Assembly: GCA_052426225.1 (NCBI GenBank)
Contig: JBNJNM010000006.1
Coordinates: forward strand, 2,170,001 to 2,234,000
Direction: 5' to 3'
Source: Zancudomyces culisetae HAW-14-8
Lineage: Eukaryota; Fungi; Kickxellomycota
Length of the DNA: 64,000 nucleotides
Part shown: positions 11,673 to 24,375 of the stretch, piece by piece
Layout: the number at the start of each line of letters is the position of its first letter
Position numbering within the stretch: position 1 is the stretch's first letter
Notes under the pieces: generated by a model
Databases searched by the model: none
What the model saw: the letters and a program-made list of their open reading frames with translations, nothing else
Told to the model about the DNA's origin: nothing
Position numbers and translations under genes: made by a program

Positions 11673-12807
11673 TTTCTCGAAAACAGTCTGTTAGCTCTAC
11701 TAGTTGTGTCTTTTACTATTAATATTTTTCTTTAGTTTTCTTTTCATTTCCCTATTATTTTTTTCTCTGATTCAAACACTCTACCCCCTTTCACATTAAA
11801 CCTTAATCATGTAAAAAGTTGTTTGTTACTAATAAAACTCAGATTATTATTTGCTGGGAATGTAAATAATTGTTTTGGTATTTTTCACAATAATAGAGAA
11901 AAAGTATTGGACAAACCATCATTGAATGCACTTTTGGCGAATAGCTTTTCCGGATTAGTCCAGTTGACAAAAGACGTTTGTTTTTTCGTTTATCCCAATT
12001 GTATCCAAGTCCACATTTACGGAATTTTGAATATGTCTGTCTACTGCACTCATTCACATGTTGAACTGTTTATCACGATATAGAACGTGATTAATCTGAA
12101 GAATGTTACGAGGCTTGTCCATCTGTAAATCTGCATTTTAATCAAAAATCTAAAGATATACTGAATTAAGTGATACAATCTCATATCTAGTTAAACACCA
12201 TTCGCTTTACATTACGCTGATCGCTACTAAGCAACTTGCAAGTTGCTTTCTCGTCTAACTTCCTTGTTATATTCTTTAACCTGTGATTATCCATGTCAGA
12301 ATAAAAAAAATTGGTTCAGAATATTAGGTAAATGCTTCACAACATATAAAAGTTTGATCATCTACTCTTTTTTTTGCTCGGCTATAGCTAGAAAAATACA
12401 AATACTCGGTGTTAACAACCGAACACCATTAAAATTGCTTGGTTAACTAGTCGTTAATGGGCAAACCTACAGACTTTATAAGAACGCATTCTACTGTTCT
12501 TTTATTTTTTATTCGAAATATCACTATTCGAGTGTAGTTTTAGGCACTAACACGATTCATGAACAAAAAATAAATCCTGTTTTAAAATATTTTCCAGCTT
12601 AGCTGACCTGTGCCGTTATCGTTCCTTAGTACTAAATCCAGAATACGTGTTTTATCAAGCAGCATGCCAATACGACAAGCAGTAATGAAAATTATAGTGT
12701 TAAACTTTGACAATAACATAATTAAAGAGTTAAAAGCGATAAATGTAAGATAAAAAGATAATGCTCTGCGCTATTTGGTATCAAATATTTAGCTGGGACA
12801 TATTTGA

Positions 12808-14109
12808 TTATGAGTTTTGGCTTTCAATGTTCCTAATGTAATTTCCTATACCCTTAATGCATGCATGTTTCTCATTTGCTGCCTCGATGAAAAAGAAAAT
12901 ATGGCCCATTCCAGCATATTTCTCATATACATTTTTTGCTCCCTCAATAGCCCCTGGGTGCTCTCTTCCAGAGATGAACCGTTCCTTGAGGCCCAATTTG
13001 TGTGCAAATATATCGGTATCATCAACTAGCAACTCAACCTCTCCTGTTATTATCATCATAGGTGCAACACCTGTGAAATCGCCAAATGTGGGTGAGACCA
13101 TCGGATCATTCAACATTTTCTTTACGTGGTCGTCGTATTCTCTACCAGGTGCCACATACATACGTACATGACAAAGGATATTTTCTGGTCTCTCTTGTGA
13201 AATAAAGTCCAAATCCACATTTCTCACATAACTTTCTCCAGGTAAGTTCAAGTCTACCCAAGGTGAGTGTAGAATTGCACACATTGGCTGTGGCATTCCA
13301 CTATCCCTAAGGTTTACCATAATTGAAAGACACATATTACCTCCTGCACTATCTCCTGAAATGATAATATTTTCGTGTTTGTAGCCCAAATTAAGCATGT
13401 GCTTGTAGAACAAGTATCCGTCATAAATTGGTTTTGGGAATGGGTTTTCGGGCGCTAATCTATAGCTAGGAAGAAACACACGGTATCCGGTCTCCTTGGA
13501 AAGATCTGCAGCAAGACCACGACATATTGCTGGTCCTTCAATGCAAAAACCTCCGCCATGATAGTGTATAATAATTTTTTCGTTTTCTGACAATGGAGCA
13601 ACTCCTAAGAGCTTGCTAGAATCAATTCCTTTTTCCTCAGCTGCTTTCACAAATTCGTTTGAAACTACTACTTCAGTATATAGCTCCCTTGGCTTTGATT
13701 CCATGGCTAGTTTTTTATCGCTTTCTGCGAGCTCGTCAAATACCTCCTTTGGTGAAATAAACAGGTTATCGGCCTCTATCTTCCAAATGTGTCTCTCAAA
13801 CTTTCCCTTTTCTTCAATACTCCGTGCAGTAAATGTTCTCAAAGGCTTAAAAAGTGTACCAATTTTCTCAGCATCAAACGTTTCTGGTGTCATTCCAATT
13901 GAAGCGCACTTTTTCAACAATCGCACAACTTCAGCCCTCGCTCGAGTAATCGCTACCTGCGCTTCTAGCGTCCATGATGGCAGTGTGGGACCGTTTTCCA
14001 GAAAAGACTTTTTGGCTGCCTCCATTACCGCCGCCATTTCAGCTTCATAAAGGTCTTGTTGTTCCTTTCCCAAGTGGGCAGGAAACGCACATCCATACAG
14101 GTCAGACAT
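12808..14109 (-). CDS. Alpha/beta hydrolase, hormone-sensitive-lipase family esterase
   Basis: HGGG oxyanion motif, YRLAPE, GDSAGG nucleophile elbow, C-terminal GMGH; intronless 433 aa. Confidence 0.9.
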   Translation of the reverse strand: MSDLYGCAFPAHLGKEQQDLYEAEMAAVMEAAKKSFLENGPTLPSWTLEAQVAITRARAEVVRLLKKCASIGMTPETFDAEKIGTLFKPLRTFTARSIEEKGKFERHIWKIEADNLFISPKEVFDELAESDKKLAMESKPRELYTEVVVSNEFVKAAEEKGIDSSKLLGVAPLSENEKIIIHYHGGGFCIEGPAICRGLAADLSKETGYRVFLPSYRLAPENPFPKPIYDGYLFYKHMLNLGYKHENIIISGDSAGGNMCLSIMVNLRDSGMPQPMCAILHSPWVDLNLPGESYVRNVDLDFISQERPENILCHVRMYVAPGREYDDHVKKMLNDPMVSPTFGDFTGVAPMMIITGEVELLVDDTDIFAHKLGLKERFISGREHPGAIEGAKNVYEKYAGMGHIFFFIEAANEKHACIKGIGNYIRNIESQNS

Positions 14110-16540
14110 TGTATTTATTGCTTCAGATATATATTAATACTAATTTCAACAACCTCACGAAAACCGCTTCGGTATTTGTTTTTTTAAAGGCTAGTTCTTT
14201 GAATATGTATTTTCCAAATGGAAAGTGATCTACCTATTTATAGTGAGGACTGAGTTATACTCACACTTGTATTGTAGTGATATTTTTTTATAGGGTTTTG
14301 TGAGTTAGCGTATGAACACACTTTTAGCTATACTTCAAATTTAACCACTTTTTCTTGTTCATTTTCAAGTTTGTATCAGTGTTGATGTTTTTTTTTCTTG
14401 TTGGATACTGATTTAATTATGAGAACTGGAATATTGTTTTGGTTAACACTGCGATTGGAGATGGTATTTTATAGGAGGAATTTCATAGATTTGATGAAAT
14501 ACTCACCAATTAGATCGCCACTTTACTTTGATGTTACACACCATTATGTTTTGTACTAAATTAAATCTAAGCCTGATACTACCTTATTTTAACTTTACCT
14601 TTAAGCCATGGAGAATAGCTTCAAAATGACGAATTATATGCCCAAATCGCACAAATTATATTTGATGATTTTAAACGAAAATACAAATTGCAACAACACA
14701 AACTTAATTCTACCCAATTCAGTGGGGGTATGATACAGGCGACCAATCTATCCTGAAACATCCTTGCTACAATCCTTTTACATTTGCTGTAATTAAAATA
14801 TCGGCGAAATGTGGAAGAAAGACAAACACGTTTACATAATCATAATTTCAGCTGAATTTTGGCATGCTTGGATCTTATCAAAGCACCACAAGTTTAATAC
14901 GAGGTGCATGCTCGGGTGACTCTAGTTATTGTTTCTCAGATAACATAGAATAAGTTTTTCCTTAATGATTGGATGTTGCAAGATCTTTTGAACAGGTTTT
15001 GTCATTTGCTGGCGTTTTTTTCTTCCGATATGGAAACTGCCCTTTTGTCTGCAAACTGATGCTAGGGGAAATAATAATCACATTGTTTTATATCTTTACT
15101 TTTACTCCGTATTGGCCAGCAAGCAGGAGCGGAGTTAGGATTCCCCTAAATCTTGAGCACTTGAAAGCAAAATAAAACAAAAAAAGGAAGAATCTGAGAG
15201 TGGTGTGGTGCGACGTGGTGAATAGTGCAAAAACAGTAAAAATAATGTCAAAAATGTCTCGCATGTGATACTTAAAGAAGACCAACAACCAACAACCATA
15301 GGGAATGCACGGCATTTCTTCAACTGCCATCTCTAGTCGGTTTGTATTAACATGAGCTCTCTGTCAAGTTTTTACTCCAATAAAAGCTTGTAACCCTTAA
15401 GATAGCCTTGAAACACTCTAAAAGTGTATTATGCTGGCAACAGCTTAACCTAAAAACTGTCTATAGCACTATTTTTTTCAAAGTAAAGTGCGCATATATT
15501 ACCAAAACACAATATATATTTTGTCAGTAAATTTGTGTATGAGAACCACGTATTGTATTTTAGGTCAATTATTTACCGCCCTCTGCATCCTTGTGCAACT
15601 AGGATATCTCCACAATTTAAATCTGAAGATTTCAAATGCAAATTAAATAATTCACCCACAACACACACACACTCCCATTAAAAAAGAGTTTCGCGAAAAA
15701 ATCGGGAAACCAAGAAGAAAGGCGAATAAACGTACGAGTTATTCTGGAATATGTACATTCAAACCTCATCTTTGTAGACGATGTCTGCCTTTTTATTAAA
15801 AATGTTGCGCTCCTCCAAGAGACCAGGTCCCAGATTGGTTGAACTTTTATACAATTTATAATTACATTTTTAAGAACATCTTTAAAACAGTACTTTTCAT
15901 CAGAGTATGGATATTGAATTTTTGCAACATCATCATTCCCCAAAATAGGTATGTTGAAAATATACTCTTTCAAATGGTATGAAAACTCAAAAATAGCCCT
16001 GGTAGTAGGACACATTGCTGGTTTTGGAAAGAAAGTATGAGGAATATTTCACAGACGAACTTTTTTAAAAATCATCCGGAGTTTTAGGAAATTGCGCGGA
16101 ATAACGAATATTGAGAAAACCAAATAAATCACCCAATACTTCCAAGATTTCAAAAAGACAGTGGTTAATAAAAATGCAATGAACAGTTGGTAGTAAACAT
16201 GTGGTACAGCCTAGGAAAAGACCTTTTTTAAACAATACATTCAAAATAGTTATTGAATAGAATCACAAGGGTCAGCAGGAGAGAAGGTGTGAAGCTATAG
16301 CTGTAATTTTTCTGATCACAAGCTAGTAAAGAAGATAGAGGGAGGAATAAATAATGTTAAAATCATGAAACTAATGATGTTATGGTTTTATGTTCAATAA
16401 TCATTGCTTTTAAAAAAGTATAACAGATATACGATTTAGTTTCAAGTCAGCAAGGTAGTTATAATCCCTTCAGAAGGACTAAAGCAAACTATCAAGATCA
16501 GTACGCATTTTGTGGTCACAATTATGCTCTAAAAATTCTA

Positions 16541-16804
16541 TTTACTGGAAATAAATGTCTGAATATCCAACTGAATAATATTTTTTTTACCGTAAATAGT
16601 TTTCGCTATACAAGAGCTTTATCAACGCAGATAGTGTAAGATATCTTTATACTCGGGTTATTTACTAGAATGGCTGTATGCAGCTATGAATAAGTTGGGG
16701 CATATGTAACTTTAACCAATGGGAACAATAGAGTGCCATAACGGCGTCAAGAGTATTATATGGATATGATCGAATGCTGCGTTTATTGTTTTGGTTTAGC
16801 AGTG
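16541..16804 (+). repeat. Inverted duplicate of an internal ALE1 gene fragment (source about 10593-10854)
   Basis: Reverse complement of 10593-10854 with only a few substitutions/indels seen by eye; includes intron and exon sequence. Confidence 0.93.
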
Positions 16805-17303
16805 ATAATGCCTAAAAATTATGCAAGGAATATGGCTGCTACATTACATACTATTTTGTTATAACCATAATAACAGCGCTTTTATTCCCTTTGAGAATGG
16901 TTTTAGTTTGAAAACTTTCAAAAAACAACCCCATGGATTAGCAAAGTGGGCTGACAAAGACGAAACAAATTAGGTTTCCAAGTTTTCAGGAAATATATAA
17001 AATGTATATAGCTATTTCATATTTAGTGTTTTCTATCTTTGAGTTCAAAAAAATGGCATTGGTATTCATGATATTGCCTGATTCTTTTCTACACCAGACC
17101 CGGTTTTAGTTATATTATCCTGGTAGCAATGTATCAGGTACATTTGACATTTTGGAATTCTCCACTTATTCAATGTATCTTTGCTTAATTTAATGTTATT
17201 TTATTCGTATTTATAAAAAAAACTCTAAACTGGTCTATACTACACTACAACCAAATACACTTACAGGTAAATAAATTTCTACCTAAGTACAGCAGGTCTT
17301 ATT

Positions 17304-18500
17304 TTATCCACAGGCGTCAATAATTTCTACAGAGTCGGTCAAAACATTGTTTTTTAAAGTTCCACCACCAATTATCATCAAACACCCGTTATTAGTGGTA
17401 TAACCTGCATCTTCTCTTGGTTCCTTCATTTTTAGCTTGTTTTCTTCTACAATTTTTAATGATCTGGTATCAAATATATCAATGGTATCCAAGGACGACC
17501 CTCCGCAGAATAAAATATAATTTTCGAGTGCTCCGGCGTATGCGCTGGCTCTTGGTACACTCAATTCTGCCTTCACATCTATCCACTTGTATTCCCCTCT
17601 TCTAACCTCACCTAGTACATTTATTGTTTTTTCCAATTGTACGTTGTTATCAGCATCATATGATTCCCCACCCCCAAATACATAGTTTCCAAACGCAAAA
17701 GCCCCGTTAATTCGCCATCTAGGCGCAGGTAAAGGTTCTCCATTAGATAAACTCACAGAAATTGTCTGAGCCACAGTTTCTTTTAAAAATACTGTATAAT
17801 TTGATGGTTGAAAGTCGCTATGTTTGTCCTCTGGGCTGTTATTTTGATAGCCTCCGACAACAACAGCCATTTTTTTTACGGGGTTGCTAATACCAACACC
17901 AAAGCTCAGCCGATCCATCTCAATCGTTTCTTCACCATCAATAATAAACTTGTTTTCATCCTGGATGATATACTCTATCTTGTCGGATATATATGGCGGA
18001 GTTAATTTTATTCCACCGTAAATTGCTATTGAATCTCCTAAATCAAGAACTCTTGGGTTTATTCTTGGGTATCGAAGCTTGAAGCTCAGCCATTCATCTT
18101 TTACACCATCATATATGTCTATAGCATCAGACTCTTTAGAGTTATCATTGACTCCACCCGCAAATATTGCGTATCTCGCGTTTAGGAATGACCCAACACC
18201 AATCTCTGATCTTGCCTCGACTAACCCAGCAGTGCTCCATTGGCTACTTTCCGTATTATAGATATCTACAAGCTTCGTACTTTTCATATTATCCAGAATA
18301 CCTCCAGCAAAAACCACCTTATTGCCAGCCGATGCTGCTGCCAATCTGGATCTTGGTAGACTAAGTTTTGTCATCTTTTGTGTCCATGATGATGGCTCCT
18401 TTACCTTTGGTTCATCCACTTCTGAACGAACGGAAAAGGACGACACTCCCATTGCTAGTATTACAGTACAGCAATACGTACCTTTTCCAAATATTAACAT
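17304..18500 (-). CDS. Kelch-repeat beta-propeller protein, probably secreted
   Basis: Repeated L..PR....A......FAGG.....VDIY units; hydrophobic N-terminus; no introns. Confidence 0.8.
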   Translation of the reverse strand: MLIFGKGTYCCTVILAMGVSSFSVRSEVDEPKVKEPSSWTQKMTKLSLPRSRLAAASAGNKVVFAGGILDNMKSTKLVDIYNTESSQWSTAGLVEARSEIGVGSFLNARYAIFAGGVNDNSKESDAIDIYDGVKDEWLSFKLRYPRINPRVLDLGDSIAIYGGIKLTPPYISDKIEYIIQDENKFIIDGEETIEMDRLSFGVGISNPVKKMAVVVGGYQNNSPEDKHSDFQPSNYTVFLKETVAQTISVSLSNGEPLPAPRWRINGAFAFGNYVFGGGESYDADNNVQLEKTINVLGEVRRGEYKWIDVKAELSVPRASAYAGALENYILFCGGSSLDTIDIFDTRSLKIVEENKLKMKEPREDAGYTTNNGCLMIIGGGTLKNNVLTDSVEIIDACG

Positions 18501-20487
18501 TTTTCCACTTTTCTTTTCTGTTTCCTTATCTTATATTTAATTATAACTGATAGCACAAGTTTATTAGGATATATAACAAATTAAACTCAAGATAGTTGAT
18601 ATACTTTTTTCAAATAAAAAAGAAAGAAATTGTTTTCAACTATTTTCTCTTTTCAACTACGGGTTTTACATTTTATTTATACCATTTCTGAACTACAGAG
18701 CTAACTTTTTAATTCAGGTTCTAAAAACAGGAAGTGTGTTAATTTGAAACAAACATTTGTAATTATCATTAGTATTAATATTTCTCGTCTGACAAAACAT
18801 CACCAGATGACTAAGCAGACGAAAAAAAACAAGCAAGCGGACAAACAAACAAACAAATAAACAAACCAACTAAAAAGTAAGCAAACGGCAAAACAAAAAA
18901 GATAGAAATACTTTAATAACATTTTTGTGCAAGTTAAACTGTTATACAGGTGTTTCCAGTATTGGCTTAAGTAAGCTCTGGCGTAATGGAGAAAAACACA
19001 ATTCTAAAAGGATCATAAATAAGGCAAGCACTATGTGGTGTCGGGTTAGCTTTTCATCTAATGGCTAAACACGATTTTCTGTTTTTATCTCCATATTTGA
19101 GCTTTAGTGTTTCAAAATAGGCATGTTTACCATGTTGGTCATGTTTTGTTTTAATTTGCCATCCTATGATCTGCCAAGGAAAAAAAATGCTTTGTTTTGG
19201 ATTGAGAAGTCGCTGAGTATGTTGTTTATCTTTATGTATATTGAATGTTAGTATGGTGAAGAGCGCTACACTTCCTAGTGAATCTTGTTGTTTAGTTAAA
19301 TAAAAACCATTCCTAACACGCCTATAAAGAGTATCATCTAATACTTTAGTTTGTTTTATGTTCCTACGTCTACCCCTACGACAGTACTGACACTTGTGTG
19401 GTAATTCGATTACAACTGCAATCAGAAAATAAACAAAGCGATTGACTTTTTTTGTTTAGCCAAAGGAAAATTCAGTGCCACGAAAAACCCAATAGGTGCA
19501 AAATTCAGATCGCAAACATAAATGTTATTTAACGCTTCTAAAATCTTATAGGCAAACTTGGTGAAAAAAAAGTTTTGTTTCGGAAAATACCCACAAGATC
19601 TCCTCAAACGACTTTATAGCTTATCAATTGAAAAAGGCACAGGTTTATGCATTACTGATGCATGTAGCATTGAATATACATTTGGCACAAAACAAAATAT
19701 GAAAGAGATCTAAAGGGTTAGAGCGCTGCCTACTCACATGTCTGAACAATGAGGTTGGTATATTTTGAGTATAATATACTAGTTTAGACGCTGTCTTTTA
19801 AAGCTCAACGACGCAAAAGTGAGAAAAACACTTCATTCGCTCACTACCAATTTCCATCATCAATATGTTACTAGAAAAAAATATATTTCGGGGCACCTAC
19901 TTTTTATCATTGATTTTTGCTTTAAAACCCACCATTACATACTCAAAATGAAGATGTGTTTATTTTATAAAAAACAAAAGGCTAGTATACAGTTAAGAGC
20001 AAAGTGGGCTATCAAAGGTGAATAGTGCTAAAATGGCTCCCAAAATGACTATTTGACAATATATATTATAATTGATGTTAAAATAAAGTACAGGCAGTTA
20101 ATTATTGAATGTGAACATTGATAAAAAAGATGTCATCATGTAAGTTATGGTAACGAGGCACAACAAACTTTATACCACAAAATATCGCAATGAATAAAAA
20201 TTACATGAAGTAGTCACTGTCTATGCATATTGAGCACAATAAGCATATAAAAGTAACTTTTGTGTTTCTATTCCGACCATTAAAAACCAGAAACACCAAT
20301 AAAAGCCCATTAAAATATGGTAATAGGCTTTTGCAAGCCCATAAACACAATTAAAACAGCCTCCTAAGTGGTTAGTGATAGATCACCGAATGCCAAGGTG
20401 AAGAAAAAGAGTATGATACTAATTTTCAGGCAAACCTGGGGAACGAGGTCGTTGTTTTTCTTTGTTTTAAAAAATAGAAAACAATAT

Positions 20488-21819
20488 TTAAAAAAACGTA
20501 AAAGTATAAAATAATGAGGAACTTACCAAATCATCAGAGCCCGATATCGCCATTAGAAACCCCGGACTCAGCCCCAAAGAATAAACGGGTGATTTACGCG
20601 TACTTTCCCAAAGGCTACAGTTTTTGACAACCAAAGTTTCACTCAGCCCAGATTTTTCCAGACTATGTTCCCGAAGGACCAGCTTATTTAAAGGATCGTA
20701 TACGTTCCATACACAGATTTTCCCGTCGTTGTCTCCTGAAACTACATATTTCTCACAAGGAGAAAAATCAAAGTTATGTGAATTACGCTGGTAGTAGTTG
20801 GAGGAGCGTATACCAGAATCATAGCGATAATTAGAATCGCGAACACTCTCTAAGTTCAGTAAAACTTTACCACTAAATGAATCAACCACAAACTTGTCGC
20901 CCTTCGTTGTTGATACTATCATATTTTCACCTGATAGTTTTCCAAACCTCAACCCAGTAATGACATTTTTTATAGGCTCGGAGGAAACAAACGATAGGAA
21001 TTGAGGCGTGTTTAGATCATCTTTCAGTTGTGCTTCAATATCAGCGCTAAGAAAGGGACCCTTGCCAAAGTACCTTATATCATGAAGCTTTATTTGATGG
21101 CCTGATGCAATACCTACTACCACTCCCGTAGGGTCGAAATCAACGCTAATTCCAAACTCTGCGTGTGAATCAGAAATAGTGGTACTTAATACACTGCTTT
21201 CCACGTTTAGGTCCCACAGTTTAACGGTTTTATCCAACGATCCTGTTACAAATACATCTTTTAGGCTTGGTGTGGAGCCCTTTTTTATCTTTGATTTTGT
21301 ATAGTTGTTTCCAGTATAAGGATTATAGTCGATGTTTGTTAAACTCTCGGAATTAGAGCAAAAGTTGTTGTTTTCACAATCGAGAGATTGGTTCAGAGAT
21401 GTTGCTACAGATGGCATATACACCAGAGATGTCACCTTATCCTTGTGGCCCTTAAAGTATCTAATGTATCCATTTGTTTCTAGAGATAGATACCGTAACG
21501 CGTCATCAATCTTTGTGGACGCATACACTACTTTATCTTCTTGTGAAAATACCGCCAAATTGCAACCGTATTTTAGACTAGGTATTATTTTCTTTCGGGT
21601 TCCATCACCGCAATTATAGAGCTGCAAGGTATGATTAGTCGAAGTTGTTATTGCAAATTCCCCGCTTGGATTAAAAGAAATCGATGTAGTAAAATTATCT
21701 TTTCCTTGAAATACTTTGCAGATTCTAAAATTATCGTAAGCAGCTTTCTCCTTTGATAAACCGGTTGGATCCTCAAAAGTACCAGCTATTTCAAAGGGGC
21801 GAGTGTAGGTATTATTCAT
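20488..21819 (-). CDS. SWD2: WD40 protein SWD2/WDR82 (COMPASS/CPF subunit); the true 3' end is probably a short extra exon after a GTAAGT donor at ~20526
   Basis: SLKYGC, YASTKIDDALRYLSLETNGYIRYFKGH and DIRYFGKGPF match WDR82/Swd2. Confidence 0.88.
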   Translation of the reverse strand: MNNTYTRPFEIAGTFEDPTGLSKEKAAYDNFRICKVFQGKDNFTTSISFNPSGEFAITTSTNHTLQLYNCGDGTRKKIIPSLKYGCNLAVFSQEDKVVYASTKIDDALRYLSLETNGYIRYFKGHKDKVTSLVYMPSVATSLNQSLDCENNNFCSNSESLTNIDYNPYTGNNYTKSKIKKGSTPSLKDVFVTGSLDKTVKLWDLNVESSVLSTTISDSHAEFGISVDFDPTGVVVGIASGHQIKLHDIRYFGKGPFLSADIEAQLKDDLNTPQFLSFVSSEPIKNVITGLRFGKLSGENMIVSTTKGDKFVVDSFSGKVLLNLESVRDSNYRYDSGIRSSNYYQRNSHNFDFSPCEKYVVSGDNDGKICVWNVYDPLNKLVLREHSLEKSGLSETLVVKNCSLWESTRKSPVYSLGLSPGFLMAISGSDDLVSSSLFYTFTFF

Positions 21820-22565
21820 CCCAAAATAGCGCAGTAAATTTCATTAGTATACGAAGTAGTAAGTACCATATATTTCGATTTTTATTGTTTTGTTGTTTGA
21901 TTTCCCTCTTTTTTTTTTCGGCTTATATTTTCCCAGCTGAAGTTGGCGATTTGCAATACAAAAAAACTTTTTGAGAAAAAAGGTGGCTATTTTATTCAAA
22001 TTTGATTTGCGTGAAAAATGCAGCAAATAGCTGCATCATATTTTGGTTGTTCTGGGAATCTCGAATGTTACAGGCTAATTGTCTTTGAAAGAAGGTGTGA
22101 ATTTCAGTAAAATTGCAACAGTCAAATCAGAAATTGCACAGTTAGAGATGCAATTACCAAGAGTTGTTGATCAAGTGAGCTAGATTTCAGGCTTTCTAAA
22201 CAAAAACCCTGTTATTGTTAAAGCTCCCATAGCTAGCCATTTACTACGCATTCTCGTCTGAAAGCAAAATTTACAATTTACCCACACGAGGTATTCTGTT
22301 TATCTGTTGGTCTGGCGACATGATAACAAGGGAAATGCACATTCTCAACAACTTTTGACGCGGTTATTGTATCTCGTTTTTTGAGCAAGTAAGTTCATCA
22401 TTTAACCAACGCATATTTACGCCTGTTCAAATATTTACATTTGTTCTAAATATGTTAATATTTGACTATAAATAGTAAGCGATTTTCTTAGCTTTTATTT
22501 GGACTACTGAGAACAAATATTCATTTTATTGAATGTCAAAAAGGTGGTATAAGAATTGGTACAAA

Positions 22566-24179
22566 ATGACTTGTGAATATAAAAGAGTGGGTTACTTTGC
22601 CAGTTGGGGTATTTACGGTAGGAATTATTTGCCGACAAACGTCCCCGCTAAGAACTTTACTCATTTAATTTACGGTAAGCACTTTTCTTCTTGATGTCTG
22701 GGTTTACCATATACTATTTGGCATGGTTTTAATATATACTGACTCGATGTAATATTACTACAAAAATAGCGTTTGCAAATATTACTAACGGTGAAATAGC
22801 GCTCGGTGACAGTTGGGCAGGTACGCCTATGCTTTCTTGTTAATACCTTGAATAAATAGTTCTCCTAACTGCAAAAAAAAATAATTGAAAATATTCAAAT
22901 AGATATTGAAAAGCCTTATGGTGACGCTAATGACAAATATAACGGAGTTGGCGGTGCCTTTGGATATTTTAATAGTAGAAATGGTAGTTTCAGGCGAGAA
23001 AACCCGAGCATCAAAACAATGATAGCTATTGGGGGCTGGAGCTGGTCAAAGGATTTTTCTATAGTTGCCTCTACCAAAGAAAATAGAAAGAGGTTTATCG
23101 ATTCTGTTGTTCAGTTTGTCACAAATTATGGTTTTGATGGTGTCGACATCGACTGGGAATATCCAGGTGGGTTATAAATATTTTTTCCAAATAGCTTTAC
23201 GTTATCTTTTATCTCAAAATTGATCGTGCCAAAATATCTTTGCAGTGAGGGGGGGGGGGGGGGGGTGGGATACGAATTATTTAAGACAAAAAGAGATGCA
23301 CTAACCAAAAATTAAAATATAGTCGAAGGAGGAGATGAGGGTAACAACAGGTCTCCGGAGGACGCAAACAACTATGTTCTCCTTGTGAGGGAGCTCAGAG
23401 ATGCGTTTAACCTAGCAAAAAATGGTAACGCCGAAAGAGCTGACGGATATTTGATATCAGTTGCGTTTCCTGCTGCGATTAGCAATATTAGGCATTTGGA
23501 CCTTTGTGCATTTTCTCAGCTAACCGATTTTATAAACGTTATGTTGTATGGTAAGTCAACGGCATTTAAGCAATATTTACAGTATACACAAAGTATGGTA
23601 ATAATAGATATGAAAGTATGAGCACTATATAAACGGAATTTTTTTGCTAAATAAGATTATAGTGGAGCATGGAGTTCTACTACGCAATACAACAGTAACC
23701 TCTTTATCGACAAGGATAAATCTTGCGAAACCAGTAGTGATCAGATTATCTCATACTACATTAACAATGGTGCAGATAGATCTAAACTCGTGTTTGGAAT
23801 TACGTTTAGCGGGAAAGGTTTCAGCAACGTAGGATTAACTAAAGGTGGGTCAGTTAGTGGGCTTGGTGAAGCATTTAGTGGAGTTCCCAGTGTTGGAGAA
23901 CTGCCTGGCGTTATCGAAAATGGGATATTTAGTTACACGGGAATCAACGAACTTTTGCTTGGCGACAAGAGCAATGAGTTCCAGTACATCTGGGATGATT
24001 ATTCAAAATCTCCCAGTCTATATAACTCTGGAAAAAAAGTCTGGATCACATTTGAAAACTGTAACAGTATCTATGCAAAGCGTAACTATATAAACGAACA
24101 AAAGCTGGGTGGTTACATGGTCTGGGATTTGTCACAGGATAGTTCAAACGAGTTGGTTGGCAAGCTTTCGTCACCATAA
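22566..24179 (+). CDS. GH18 chitinase (group A-like, no signal peptide); exons approx 22566-22674, 22770-22820, 22903-23167, 23323-23550, 23656-24179
   Basis: [23 protein letters not shown], catalytic [32 protein letters not shown] after splicing four GT-AG introns. Confidence 0.9.
23249..23265 (+). repeat. G17 homopolymer inside chitinase intron 3
   Basis: 17 consecutive G followed by TGGG. Confidence 0.9.
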
Positions 24180-24339
24180 GGAAAAGCATCAGCAAAATAC
24201 CAAAAGGTATAGCATTGCCACTCCTGCATTGGTGGTTGGATGCCTAAAAGCAAGCTCTGGAGCATACTGTTTTTGCATTATTTTAACTTTCTTTTCTACA
24301 AAATGATAATAAACCAACAGAGTACAATCACATGATTCG

Positions 24340-24365
24340 GTTTAGTTTAGTTTAGTTTAGTTTAG
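24340..24365. repeat. (TTTAG)5 microsatellite between convergent genes
   Basis: gtttagtttagtttagtttagtttag. Confidence 0.85.
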
Positions 24366-24375
24366 TAAATATTAT

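Noticed and set aside
15632-16015. 127-aa minus-strand ORF or decayed gene in the long intergenic region
   Set aside because: No recognisable motif; cannot be supported without a search.
24340-24365. Telomere-like or CRISPR-like repeat
   Set aside because: Only five TTTAG units, no spacers, internal location, eukaryotic DNA.
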